DNA of 64,000 bases, taken from NCBI RefSeq assembly GCF_009914755.1, contig NC_060934.1. One strand, given 5' to 3'. This DNA is from the human T2T-CHM13v2.0 reference genome, Homo sapiens. Shown piece after piece: positions 21,766 through 34,750 of this stretch (position 1 is its first letter; each line of letters opens with the position of its first letter). The notes beneath the pieces are model-generated. The model did no database searches. It saw nothing but the letters and a program-made list of their open reading frames with translations, and was not told the origin of the DNA. Made by a program: the position numbers and the translations under genes.

Positions 21766-24700
21766 TAAATATATGTTTATATATTAACTGATTTTATTAA
21801 CTATATATATATATAGTTGTTGTCTTGGTCTATATGCAATCTTACAGTGCTTAAGACTTTGATACTGAGAACAGATCTCCTAGGTATATGCTGTGTTTCT
21901 GGGGTGACATGATGCTCTCATCTGGCCTCCGTGAGCCTAATTCTATCTTACATTTACCCCACTCTTCAACAACAACTTGGGGAGGTGTCCCTAAACATTC
22001 CTAGGTGAACCCAAACCTGTGGCCCTCAACACATTTCTAGGTAAAGCAAGCTCCTGACATATCCGTGGATATCCTCTCATTGGAAGAAGGGGGAAGAGGC
22101 CATCTCAAAATAATTCATTTAATATAGCTTTTCAGCATTAATTTTATTTTGATAAAGAGACACACAGCAAATAAAATTTCTAAAAAACTATAAACTTTCA
22201 AGCATTCTCACGCTAAATCTAGCCCTGCTCACATGCCAGGGAAATATAAAGGTAATCTGTTTCTCAACCTGACCAGGATGCTACAGTAATTAAAAATAAA
22301 CTCAATCCCTGGATCCCTACCAAAGGGTCATTTCATATGGATCAAAGTTCTGGAAAAATTATTTGTCTGGAAATAGACTAATTTTCCAAAATATAATTGA
22401 AATAACAGCCTCTGGAAAGGGCCAAATACGACTCTTAATGATACAACAGCTAAATATAGGTCTGATGCTCATTCCGTGTGGACAACAATAGCAGCCGTCC
22501 CCACAAATGGCTGATTTGTGGGAAGTAAACACTACTTTTGCAGAATCTTACATGATTTCAGTAGAAGGGCAAGGATATTTCAGTTGGGAACAGATTGCTC
22601 CATGGTAATGTGATCACTATGTACCCAACAATGGCTCTTTCTTCCTAGCATCAATGCAGATGTTATTTTCACCTTAACTATTATCATTGCCTTTTCTAAC
22701 CACATAAAAGTGTATCCTTTATATATCTGAAGTAAATTCATACTAGTGGTGTAACATCTCCAGCCATTTAAGTGTAAAAACAGAAAATGTATGATGTGTT
22801 TACTTACTGTTTTATACTCCTAACGCATGAAGAGAAGATCCTTTTATTCATTGCCTATACTTTTATTTCAAAACTTTCTGTAACACTTTATCTTATATCC
22901 AGCATAGAATTAAGATTTGCTTTTTGATTTAATCTGACAATATTTTTTCCTCTAGTAAGAGTCAAGCCCGCTTACTTTTAATGATAAATTGTGTTTGGTT
23001 ATATTTTGTTTACAGTATATTATGCTATGATTTATATGCACATATCTGTCTTTTGCTGTCTTGTTTGTTTTTATTGCTTTTGTTTTGATGTTGTGATATT
23101 TGGAAGAGTTAAACTTTTATTCTGATGGCTACCTTATGTAATTTCAGAAAATCATCTCTTTCTTTAGACAGTAGCTAATGTCTCTAAACTAAGAACAATG
23201 GTATTAGCTGTATTCTCTTTCTTGTCCTCCCTATGTGATTTTTCATCACACAATTTGATTTAATCATATTAACTTTGATTCCCCTGATGCCATTAAGTGT
23301 GTTTACATTTCTATAAACAATATCCTTTGACTCCCAGGCATTACAGTTGAGCAGTCAGTAAAATCATTCTGAGGAATACTTTCTCTTTCCTTTTCTTCCA
23401 TTTTTCTTAGTTGTATCATTTCTATATTGCCAGAGCACCTACAGTTGCATTTCTTTCTGTCAGCTTTATCCAGCATTTGTTTTTGTCTTTTATTTGAAGT
23501 TAAATATATTCCTTGCTCACTACAACACTGGGGGAAGGAAGGTTTCTGTTGTCATTGTTGTGCTTGTACAGTTGTTTATTTAAAAACATTGGCAAAAACA
23601 AAAACTGTATGTAGATGGAATGGAGATAAGACAGAAAATGAGAGAGACTGATTATGAGTGTGCCTATTCTAGACTGGGAGGCGTGCTACACTGAGTAGTG
23701 TCTGAAGGCCGCAGGAAAGGATGGATGATTGTGAGCAGGTAGACTTTCCACTGGAGGAGAGAAGTCCTGCTCTCAACAACCTGTGCAGAACCAGAAACTG
23801 GTAATGCTTCAAATCAACTTACAGACCTTTAGGTAGAAATTTAAGAAAACTCGTTTAGCACCTAGTTTCCTAGAAAATATTAGCTACTATTTGCTGAGCA
23901 TCTGTCAGTCTGTCTGTAGCATGGAAGATCTGAGTACAGGGGAAACTGAATTAGTAACAGTGGGTCAGAAAATTATATAATATTCAACCAAAATTCCTGC
24001 TTTACATACATAGCACCTGGTATTTCCAGAACTAGAAGGTAAAGAAATTATTTGTGCTTGAACTTGCAGAAAACTGCCTTTTCCCTTCTTCTCTTTCATC
24101 TTAACCTGGAGCTTTCCTTTTCTTGGGCCTCAGTGTGCTTCCCAACTCAATTTATAATTGACTTTCTGCAGTTTCTCCTTAGGACAGGGCTTTGTTTTGG
24201 GGGTGGTTAATTTGTAGGGTTCATAGGAAACAGACCACTCGCAGCACCTGCTTTTTGCCATCCTCACTCTCAGCTATGAGTTGAGGCCCAGGAAGCCTTC
24301 TGCCAGTCTCAGCTGCTGTTCTCAGATTAATCTGCTGAGTTCTTTTTGCCTAGTAAGAATCTCTGAATTTAGGAACATAGATGTTAGCGCTTCTATTTCT
24401 AGGTTTTCCAGTTCCCAGGGCCATTAAACATTTTTTTCCTTTCCTTTCCTTCTTCCAAAAAAATTGGTGATTCCCCTGGATCCCTGTGGTTTAACCTCAC
24501 AAAAGGTCCATGATGACACCCTGTTACATTGTTTTGTCATAGTTAATACCTTGTTATCCCAGTTGCTCAGTCAGTTTTTGTGAGAGATTCAGGGATATTA
24601 ATAAAACTGTGCTGCTGCTGCTACTAACATCTTGCATAAAATCCTATTAATTAAAATGTTTATTTTGCATGTGATTTGAACTTGTAATTTTTATTCAAAG

Positions 24701-25169
24701 TTTTTCAACAGAGATCCAGAAAAGACCCTCCTTATATTTTTAGTTGTGTGCATTGCAACACTTTTTAGTGAAAAAAAAAAAAACATGAGAACAACACAAG
24801 TGATTTTAAAAGAATAAACCTACAATCCATTAATTATAAAATGAAATACTATGGAGATGTTAAGAATGAGGGAATCAATAAGAACTTGTGTGGGGTAACT
24901 ACAAACTTTTAAAAAATTAATTTAATGCTCATGTGACCATATTATCGTTAAAAAATACTAGCATACTTGCACACACCTTCAAGCAAAATGGGTACACGCA
25001 TTTAAAAATGTTTAAATTAAGTAAATGGCCCAATAATTTAACTATGTACAATTCTATGTTCTCTGATTATTTTATATGCTAGAAACAGACATTTCTGTTT
25101 TGTTTATTTCATTTGAAATAATTGTAGTCACATGAGGTTTAAGTTATAATACAGAGAGGTCACATATGC

Positions 25170-25845
25170 CTATTTTCTAATTGAATACCTTATTTATTAC
25201 TATTGAGTTTTGAGAATTTTTTACATATGCTAGATGTAAGTTCTTTGTCAGATGTATGGTATGCAAATTATTTCTCCCAGTCTGTAATTCATTTTTTCAA
25301 CCTCTTTACAGGGTTTTTCTAAGTAAAAAAAAAAAAAAAAAAAAAAAAGTATTATTTTAATGAAGTCCAGTTTTATCACTTTTTCCTTTTGTAGATTTTG
25401 TTTTTGATATCAAGCCTAAAAATTATTTGCCTAACCCAAGGTCTCAAGAGTTTTCTTCTATTTTAAAAGTTTAATGTATTTATTTATTAATTATTTTTGA
25501 GACGAGGTTTCGCCCAAGCTGTAGTGCAGTGGTGCCATCATTGCTCACTGCATCCACTAACTGCTGGATTGAAGTGATGCTTCCACCTCAGCCACTTCAG
25601 TAGTAGCTGGGATTACAGGCACGAGCTACCATACACAACTTTAAGTTTTATAATATTACATTTTACATTTAAGCCTGTGATTTATGTGAGCTAAATTTTA
25701 TATAAAGTATAAATTTAGGTCAGTCTTAGTTTTTGTACCTGTGAATGTCCAATTGCTCTAGCACCATTTGTTGAAAAAGATATCTTTCCTTTAAACTGAT
25801 TTTACATCCTTGTAAAAAAAAATCAGTTGAATATAGTGTGGTCTG
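25170..25845 (-). mobile_element. Old L1M fragment with an embedded AluJ right-arm fragment (~25480-25635)
   Basis: gttctttgtcagatgtatggtatgcaaattatttctcccagtctgt and ccaattgctctagcaccatttgttgaaaa are L1 motifs; the Alu piece is tttttgagacgaggtttcgcccaagctgtagtgcagtgg...gctgggattacaggc. Confidence 0.75.
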
Positions 25846-26248
25846 TCATCTTTTAATAAGATAAAAACATTGGCACTCACCAGATATCAAAGTTTAGATA
25901 TTTTTTTAAAGCTGAACTTCTGAAAATAGAATAAAAACACCTTCACATGTCAAATTAGTCAATTTATATAGGACTAATTCATTTAAATATATTAAAATAC
26001 AAAATAATTCAAACCAGTAAAGTGATAATACAAGCCTATAAATTTAAAGGCTAATTATTAAGTCAAATTGCTGTATTCTACGTGTTAGAGTGAGTTCAAA
26101 AGATCCATTGTATTACTGAATAGGCAAAAGTTTTAATTTCAGAGGATGAAACTGATATATTACTGTCACCTTGTGGATATTCTGTTATTACAGGCTCTTA
26201 TAAAAAGCAATGAGGGTATGTAATCTGTTCTAACAAGAAGCGTTTCCT

Positions 26249-26489
26249 TTTTTTTGTTGTTTTTATTATTGTTATTATTACATTTTAAGTTCTGAGATAC
26301 ATGTACAGAACGTGGAGGTTTGTTACATAGGTATACACATGCCATGGTGGTTTACTGCACCCATCAACCCATCATCTACATTAGGTATTTCTCCTAATGC
26401 TATCACTCCCCCTGCCTCCCACCCCCCTGACAGGCCTCGGTATATGATGTTCCCCTCCCTGTGTCCATGTGTTCTCATTGTTCAACTCA
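26249..26489 (-). mobile_element. Very short L1PA (approx. PA7/8) 3' end
   Basis: ttttaagttctgagatacatgtacagaacgtggaggtttgttacataggtatacacatgccatggtggttt...gttctcattgttcaactc; flanks agaagcgtttc / agaagcatttt are TSD-like. Confidence 0.9.
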
Positions 26490-26567
26490 AAAGAAAATCA
26501 GAAGCATTTTCTGCTTTCCCAATTTCTTAAATACAATGCAACTTTATGTTTAATTTAACTAACTTAA

Positions 26568-26860
26568 TTTTTTGAGACAAGGTCTAGCTCTGTTGCCCAG
26601 GCTGGAGTGGAGTGGCGTGAATATGGTTCAGTGAAACCTCCACCTCCCTGGCTCAAGTGATCCTCCTTCCTCAGCCTCTCGAGTAGCTAGGACCACAGGC
26701 ACACACCACCATGGCCAGCTAATCTCTTTTTTATTTTTTGTAGAGATGAGGTCTCACTTTGTTGTCCACGCTGGTCTCAAACTCCTGGGCTCAAAGGATC
26801 CTCTTGACATGGCCTCCCACAGGGCTGGGATTTATAGGTGTGTGCCATGGCACCAGGCCT
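26568..26860 (-). mobile_element. AluJ
   Basis: tttttgagacaaggtct...ggctcaagtgatcctcc...tgtagagatgaggtctcac...actcctgggctcaa. Confidence 0.92.
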
Positions 26861-27099
26861 AAGCAACTGTAGAGAAGCCTTTTTTTCTTTCATAAAAACA
26901 GTTGTAGATATTTTCCTTATGGAATTTATTTGTGGTGAAATATTTTAATAGACGGATTAATTTGTTAAATAATTTGTCTCAGATAAAAATAATTGATTAA
27001 TATTAAAACTACAAAACAAGTAGGGTCTTCTTTTTCTATGAAAAATGAAAGTTGATTCTGACATTTATGTAAACATTTTAAATATTCAAAGTATATAAA

Positions 27100-29340
27100 T
27101 GTGAAGTCCTATCAAGGGTAATTAGACAAGAGAAAGAAATAAAGGGCATTCGAATCGGAAAGGAGGACATCAAATTGTTCCTATTGGCAGATGACATGAT
27201 CTTATATATAGGAAAACCTGAAGACTCTACCAGAAAACTTTTAGAACAAACAAATTCAGTGAAGTTGCAAGACACAAAACTAATACACAAAGATTGGTTG
27301 CATTTATATATATGAACAACAAACTCGCTGAAAAAGAAATTAAGAAGGCAAACCCATTTACAATAGTTACCAAAAAAAACCCAGACATAAATGTAACCAA
27401 GGAGGTAAAATGAAAACTACAAAACACTAATGAAAGAAATTGAAGAGGATACAAACAAATGAGAAGACATTCACACTCATGGATCAGAAATATGAATGTT
27501 GTTAAAGTGACAGTACTACTCAAACGTAACCTACAGATTCAATGCAATCTCTATCAAAATACCTATGAACATTCCTCACAAAATTAAAAAAAAAATCCAA
27601 AGAGATTTTATGGAATCAAAAAATATTCTGAATAACCAAAGCCATCCTAAGCAAAAAGAACAAAGCTGGATGTATCATGCTACCAGACCTCAGAATATAC
27701 TACAAAACTGTAGTAACCCAAAACATCATGGTATTGGCATAAAAACAGACACATAGACCTATGGAATAGAATAAAGAACCCAGAAAATCCACATATCTCA
27801 GCCAACGGATTTTTTACAAAGATGCCAAGAACAGTCATTGGGGAAAGGATAGTCTCTTCAATAAATGGTGCTGGAAAAACTGGATATCCATATGCCGAAG
27901 AATGAAACTAAACCTCTGCCTCTCACCCTATACAAAAATCAACTCAAAGTATCTCAAATACCCAAATATAAGACCCAAAATGGTAAAGCTACTAGAAGAG
28001 AACATAGGGAAGATCCTTCAGGACATTGCTCTGGGAAAATATTTTATGAATAAGGCATCAAAAGCACAGGCAACAAAAGAAAAAATAAACAAATGGGATC
28101 ACATCAAGCTAAAAATCTTCTGCACAGCAAAGGAAATAATAAAGTGAGTGAAAACACAACCTACAGAATGGGAGAAAATATAAACTCATCTGGCAGGAAA
28201 TTAATATCAAGAATATACAAGGAATTCAAACATATCAACAGCAAAGAAGCACAACAATCTAATTAAATATAAACAAATGCTCTGAACAGACATTTCTCAA
28301 AAGAAGACATACAAATTACCAACAAATATATGTAAAAATGTTCAACACCACTAATCAGCAAGGAAATGCTAATCAAAGCCACAGTGAGGCATCATCTTAC
28401 TCCAGTTAGGATGGCTATAATAGAAGAGACAAAAATAACAAATGCTGACAACGACGTGAAGAAAAGGGACCTTTTTTTGACAGAATCTCACTCTCCGTCC
28501 AGGCTGGAGTGCAGTGGTGGTGTAATCTGGCTCCCTCTGCTTCTAGGGTTCAAATAGTTCTCCTCCCTCAGCCTCCTGGGTAACCGGAGAAAAAGGAACT
28601 CTTATGAACTGTTGGTAGGAATGTAAATTAGTGCAGCCAGTATGGAGAACTTTATTGAAACCCCTCAAGCAATCCCACTACTGGGAATTTATCCAAAGGA
28701 AAGAAAAGCATTATATTGCAGAGACATCTGCATCCCCATGTTTATTGCAACAGTGTTCACAATAGCCAAGATATGGAATCAACCTAGGTTTCCAACAACA
28801 GATGAATGGATTTTTAAAATATGGTATATATACACCAAGGAATGCTATTTAGCCATAAAAAAGAATAAATAAAATCCTGTCATTCTCAGCAACATGGATG
28901 GATCTGGAGGATATTATGTTAAGCAAAATAAGCCAGGAATAGAAATTTCAACACCACATGTTCTCACTCACGCAGAAGCTAAAAAATAGTTGATCTCATA
29001 GAAGTAAAAAGTAGAACAGAGGATACTGCAGGCTGAAAAGGGTAGGGAGAAAGGAGGAATAGTAAGAGATTTGTTAATGGATACAAAATTACAGCTAGGT
29101 AGAAGTAATAAGTTCTAGTGTTCTATAGTACTGTAGATGACTATAGTTAACAATACTATATTATGTAGTTTAAAATACCTAGGAGTAGTTTGAATGTTCC
29201 CAACACAAAGAAATAATAAATGTTTGAGACGATAGATATGCTAATTACCCTGATCTGATCACCATCTACATGTACTGAAACATCCCTGTATAGCCATGAA
29301 TATGTATAATTTTTGTCAATTTAAAAAGTAAAAAAAAAAA
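27100..29340 (+). mobile_element. L1MA-type LINE-1, degenerate ORF2 (RT to C-terminus), 3'UTR and A-tail
   Basis: 27103 onward reads like EVL.R.IRQEKEIKGIRIGKEDIKLFLLADDMI (RT xADD motif); ORF pieces [16 protein letters not shown]... and AIPLLGIYPKERK...; 3'UTR ggatacaaaattacagctag; A-tail at ~29330-29341. Confidence 0.92.
28472..28586 (-). mobile_element. Short 5'-truncated Alu right-arm fragment inserted in L1
   Basis: tttttttgacagaatctcactctccgtccaggctggagtgcagtgg...ctcagcctcctgggtaac; flanked by gaaaagggacct / gaaaaaggaact. Confidence 0.8.
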
Positions 29341-29457
29341 ATTAATCTTGGAGAATGCATTTGAAGGACTTGTACTTGAGAAATCAACTTAAGAACCTCT
29401 GTCTCCTTGGAATTTGTGTTTTCTAGACCAGCACTTCTCCAAATTAAAGCAAATTTA

Positions 29458-29755
29458 GGCTGGGCATGGTGGCCCATGTCTATAATCTCAGCACTTTGGA
29501 AGGCCGAGGCGGACAGATCACTTGAGGTCAGGAGTTCCAGACCAGCTCACCCAACATTGTGAAACCCTGTCTCTACTAAAAATACCAAAATTATCCGGGC
29601 ATGATGGCATGTGCTGTAATCCCAGTTACTTTGGAGGCCGTGGCAAGATAATCGCTTGAACTGGAGAGGTGGAAGTTGCAGTGAGCCGAGATTGCACCAC
29701 TTTGCTCCAGCCTGGGCAACAGAGCAAGACTCTGTCTCAAAAAAAAAAAAAAAAA
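29458..29755 (+). mobile_element. AluS (Sx-like)
   Basis: gatcacttgaggtcaggagttccagacc...gttgcagtgagccgagattgcacc; TSD aaagc(a/g)aattta. Confidence 0.95.
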
Positions 29756-30090
29756 AAAGCGAATTTAGTTCACTTTGGTATTGTGTCAAAATGCTGATTC
29801 TTTTAAAGTAAATCTAAAGAATTTAGATGTAGTTGAAGCTTGTCATCTGTTCTTAATTTTTTAATAAAAATATAATATTTCGATTCAGAGTAAATCTAAA
29901 GTGAGACCTGAAGCTGCTCCCAGGTGATACTGATGCTGCTTATTTTTGCACAGATTTTGAGTCACAAGGTTCTAAATTATTGGTTTGAAGTCCCACATGA
30001 GTAATTACTTGGGGAGCTCAATTAACACCCAGCAACAGACTAATTATTAATAAATCAGAATCTTCAGTATTAGGCTTCAATCATTGGCAA

Positions 30091-30135
30091 TTTTTTTTTT
30101 GACACTCAGTCTCCCACTGTCGCCCGGGCTGAAGT
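30091..30135 (-). mobile_element. Alu 3'-end remnant (45 bp), possible duplication junction
   Basis: T10 + gacactcagtctcccactgtcgcccgggctgaagt resembles the antisense Alu end and stops abruptly. Confidence 0.6.
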
Positions 30136-30199
30136 CCTGAGGCCAGAATGAGACTAGCACATGGTTCCTTTGCCTACGTAAAGTGTGGCACACAATGGA

Positions 30200-31230
30200 A
30201 TACTTCAGACTTCAAATTAGTATGGTAAGTGCTATGAAGAGTATGATTCGAGTCCATTATTTACCCAGAAAAGGGTCACTCAGCCCAGCCTGGGAGTTAG
30301 AGAAGGTTTCCTGAAGTCTTGACATGTGAGTCATGAAAGGACATAAGGAGTTAACCACGTGACAAAATAAGCTAAGAGAATTCTCAACAAAAGACAAAAT
30401 ATTGGCAAAGGCTTTTAGGCATATACTAGCTTAGTATTATTGGGAGAATGTAATGATTTTCTGTATTTCAAAAGTGTAAAATACAAACTGGGCCATGATA
30501 TGAGATAAACCAGTAAATATGTTCTGGGAACAGATCATAGAAGGGCGTGTATGCTGTCCTAAGGAGCTTAAACTTCAACTTCAGTTCATGGGAGCCAATG
30601 ACAAGATCTGAGCAGGGGAAGGATGTGGCTAGAGGGGCGTTTTAGGCAGACAAGATCCTCTGTGGATTACACCTAGGCTAAGCAACGGGTTAAAGTTGTT
30701 GTCTTAAGACAATAGTCCAGGTAAAAGATAATAAAGTTTTAAATTAGGATGTTAGTAGGAATGAGGAAGAGGGATGGATTTCAGAAATAGCAAGGAAATG
30801 TATTAGCAGGACTTGATTAGTGATTGACTTGGGGAAGGAGGGGAAGATAGAGTTCAGGATGACTCCGAGACTGTCTGGTGTCGGTGGCTAATGACTGAAG
30901 CTATTAATAGAGGTAGGAAATGCAAAACAAAAGCAGGCCCGGGGTGAGAGATGATAAATTTGAATTTTAACATTTTGAGTTTGGACATCCAGGATGAAAT
31001 AACCACAAAATATTTAAATATACGAATCTGAAAAGGTAAGCATCATAAGCATATGAGCTATTGGTAAAATTCTGATACTTAATGAAGTCTCGCAGAGAGG
31101 CAGTACAGAAGCAAGCAATGGGCTGGGTATAAAACATAGGGAAATATTATTTAAATGAAGATGAAAGAAAAGGAGCCCACAAAGGAAGCTGAAAAGTCAT
31201 AGTCAAAAAAAGAGGCTTGCCAAAGTGCCA
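30200..31230 (-). mobile_element. Old L2 fragments
   Basis: ggtaagtgctatgaaga, gaaggtttcctgaag, atgggagccaatga, aatagtccaggtaaaagat and caggatgactcc are diverged antisense L2 motifs. Confidence 0.6.
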
Positions 31231-31493
31231 CCTTTGAAGCTCTGCTGTTACACTTTATAAGGAAACTTTTGGTTACCTGGGATTGCATGCATTTATAAAA
31301 GTTTCTATCATTAGGAAGACAATAATAATGATAAGGCTCTTTCTCATTGTTGTCAGTGTAATTTATCTATTTAATTATAGAACCTAGTTCCAGGATGCTT
31401 AATCTGAAGTATATACTTGGGGCAAAATGAATTATATCTTAATAATAATCTGGAATTTTTCTCTCTAACTTGACATATTTTAATTCTTGTTAG

Positions 31494-31595
31494 ATTTTCA
31501 AAACGTCATACCTCGAACCACCACCAGATGGCTATGAGAATGTTACAAATATTGTGCCACCATATAAAGCTTTCTCAGCCCAAGGCATGCCAGAG
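31494..31595 (+). pseudogene. NAALAD2: Orphan duplicated exon of NAALAD2 (glutamate carboxypeptidase III; FOLH1/PSMA paralog), 102 nt, donor mutated
   Basis: After ttaattcttgttag| the 34 codons read [34 protein letters not shown]. The recalled NAALAD2 sequence is [34 protein letters not shown]; FOLH1 has [34 protein letters not shown]. The exon is followed by ATAAAA instead of GT. The symbol names the parent gene. Confidence 0.9.
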
Positions 31596-34471
31596 ATAAA
31601 ATAAAATACATTTGTAACCCAAGTCTTTAAATGGTTCTTTTGCTATATAAAACCTTTATAGAGGACTAAAACCAAGGAAATTAGGTGAATCATTCATGCG
31701 GATTCATTGTTTGATATTCAGTACTATGAAAATCTCATCCCTCAAATTTAAAAAATTATAATAAAATAGAAAAGAACACCAGACAGAGAAAAAAGAAACA
31801 AAACAAATACATTAAAAACTGACCCTGCTGAAGCAGATGCCACTCTTTGAAATAACAAAGAAACTGCTGAACACGCCTTTAATTCAGTGAGGCAGTAGGT
31901 GTTTTTTTTTCTTTATTTTTGAGTATTGCCATTTGAGTACATTCCACTCTCTTCCATTCGAGTCCATTCCACTCCATTCCATTCCATTCCATGCCATTCT
32001 ATTCCATACGAATCATTTTGATGCCATTCCATTTGATTATATTCCTTTCGACTCCATTCCTTTCCATTCCGTTCCATTCCATTCCATTCCATTCCATTCC
32101 ATTCCATTCCATTCCTTTCTATTCGATTCCAGTCCATTCCATTCAATTTGTATCCATTCCAATCGAGTCCATTTCACTCCCGTCCATTCCATTCGATGCC
32201 ATTCCATTCGAGTCCATTCTATTCGAGTCCATACCTTTCAATTCCCTTCGATGCCATTCCATTTGATTCTATTCCATTCGACTCAATTCCCTTCCTTTAC
32301 ATTCCATTTGATTCCATTCCATACTATCCCTTTCCATTCCATTCCGTTGCATTCCATTTCATTCCATTCGTTTCCATTCCATTCGAGTCCATTCCATTCC
32401 AGTCCATTCAATTCGAGTCCATTTCATTTCAATCCATTCCATTTGATTCCATTCCATTCCATTCCATTTGATATCTTTCCATTGCACTCCATTCCATTCT
32501 ATTCTTTTCGTTTCCATTCAATTCCATTCCTTTCGATTCCATTCCTTTCTATTCCATTCCATTAGACTCCATTCAATTCGAGTCCATTCCATTCCATTCC
32601 ATTCCTTTCGAATCCGTTCGATTCCAATTTGCTCCAATCTATTCAATTTGAGTCCATTCCATTCCACTCCATTCCATTCCAGTATATTCCATTTGATTTC
32701 ATTCCATTTGATTCCACTCCATACTATTGCAAATCCATTTCTTTCCATTCTATTTGAATAAATTTCATTCGAGACCATACCTTTCGGGTACATTCTATTT
32801 GAGTGGATTCCATTCGAGTCCAGTATAATTGGATCCATTCCATTCCATTCAATTCGATGCCATTCCATTCGATTCATTCCATTCGAGTCCATTCCATTCC
32901 ATTCTATTCCATTCCATTCCATTCGTTTCCACTCCAGTCGGGTCCATTCCACTCCAGTCCTTTCCATTTGAGTTCATTGCATTCCAGTCCATTCCATTTG
33001 AGTCCATTCCATTCCATTGCATTCCATTCGATATCTTTCCATTACAATCCATTCCATTATTTTCCTTTCCATTCCATTCAAATCCATTTCATTCGATTCC
33101 ATTCAATTCGACTCCATTCTATTCAAGTCCATCCCATTCCATTCCATTCCACTCCCTTCCTTTCAATTCCAATACGTTTGATTCCATTATGTTCCAGGCC
33201 ATTCCATTCGACTCCATTTCATTCCAGTCCATTCCATTCTATTCCATTCCTTTTGATTCCATTCCACTCGATTCCACTGCATTCCATTCCATTGCATTCC
33301 GTTCTATTTCATGGCATTGCATTCCATTCCATTCCATTTGATTACATTCTATTTGATTCCATTCCATTCGAATCGATCACATTGCAATCCATTACATTCA
33401 TGTCCGCTATATTCCAGTCCATTCCTTTCCCGTCCATTCCATTCAATTCCATTCTATTCGAATCAATTCCATACTACTGCATTCCATTCGATTCCATTCT
33501 ATTCGAATAAATTCCATTCGAGACCATTTCTTTCGTGTCCATTCTATTTGAGTCCATTCGTTTCTAGTCCATTACATTTGGGTAAATTCCATTCCATGAC
33601 ATTCCATTCCATTCCATTCCATGTCATTCCATTCGATTATTTTCCATTCGAATCCATTCCTTTAAAGTCCATTCCATTCCATTAAATTCCAGTCCATTCC
33701 ATTTGATGCCATTCCATTAGATTGTATTACATTCAACTCCATTCCATTCCATTCCGTTCCATCTGATTCCTTCCCATTCTATTCCTTTCCATTCCATTCC
33801 ACTGCATTCCATTCCATTCATTTCCATTCCATTCGAGTCCATTCCATCTGAGTCCATTCCATTCCAGTCCATTCCACTCCAGACCATTCCATTTGAGTCC
33901 TTTTCATTCAATTCATTTCATTTCATTTGATATCTTTCCATTACACTCCTTTCCATTCCATTCCTTTTGATTCATTTCAATTCCATTCCTTTCGATTCCA
34001 ATCCGTTTGATTCCATTCCATTCCTGTCCATTCCATTCTATTCCATTCCATCCCGTACCATTCGATTCCAGTCTTGTCGATTCAATTTTATTGCAGTCCA
34101 ATCTTTCGATTCCACTCCTTTTAATTCCATTTGGAATCCTTTGGATTCCATTCCACTCGATTCCACTCTGTTCCATTCCATTGCATTCCATTCTATTCCA
34201 TTCTATTGCATTCCATTCCATTCCATTTGATTACACTCCATTCGATTCCATTCCATTCAAATCTATTAGATTGCAATCCATTGCATTCAAGTCAGTTCTA
34301 TTCCAGCCCATTGCATTCTGATCCATTCAATTCGATGCCATTCCATTCGATTCCATTCCGTGTTATTGCATTCCATTTGATTCCATCCTATTCGAATAAA
34401 TTCCATTCGAGACCATTCCTTTCGAGTCCATTCTATTTGACTCCATTCCATTCGAGTCCATTACATTTGCG

Positions 34472-34750
34472 TCCATTCCATTCCATTCCATTCCATTCCA
34501 TGACATTCCATTCGTTTCTATTCCATTCGTTTCCATTCCATTCGAGTCCATTTCATTCGAGTTCATTCCATTCCATTCCATTCCATTCCATTCGATGCCA
34601 TTCCATTCGACTCCATTCCATTCCATTCCATTCCATTCCATGACATTCCATTCGTTTCTATTCCATTCGTTTCCATTCCATTCGAGTCCATTTCATTCGA
34701 GTTCATTCCATTCCATTCCATTCCATTCCATTCGATGCCATTCCATTCGA
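34472..34750 (+). repeat. Perfect 140-bp tandem duplication inside HSat3
   Basis: 34472-34610 equals 34612-34750, with the marker tgacattccattcgtttcta at 34501 and 34641. Confidence 0.9.

Noticed and set aside
22500-22522. 9-bp hairpin cccacaaat-ggctg-atttgtggg
   Set aside because: A stem this short is plausible by chance in 32 kb; no supporting context.
30245-30258. Satellite-like gattcgagtccatt 1.7 kb before the array
   Set aside because: A single 14-mer in L2-like DNA with no flanking pentamers; likely coincidence.
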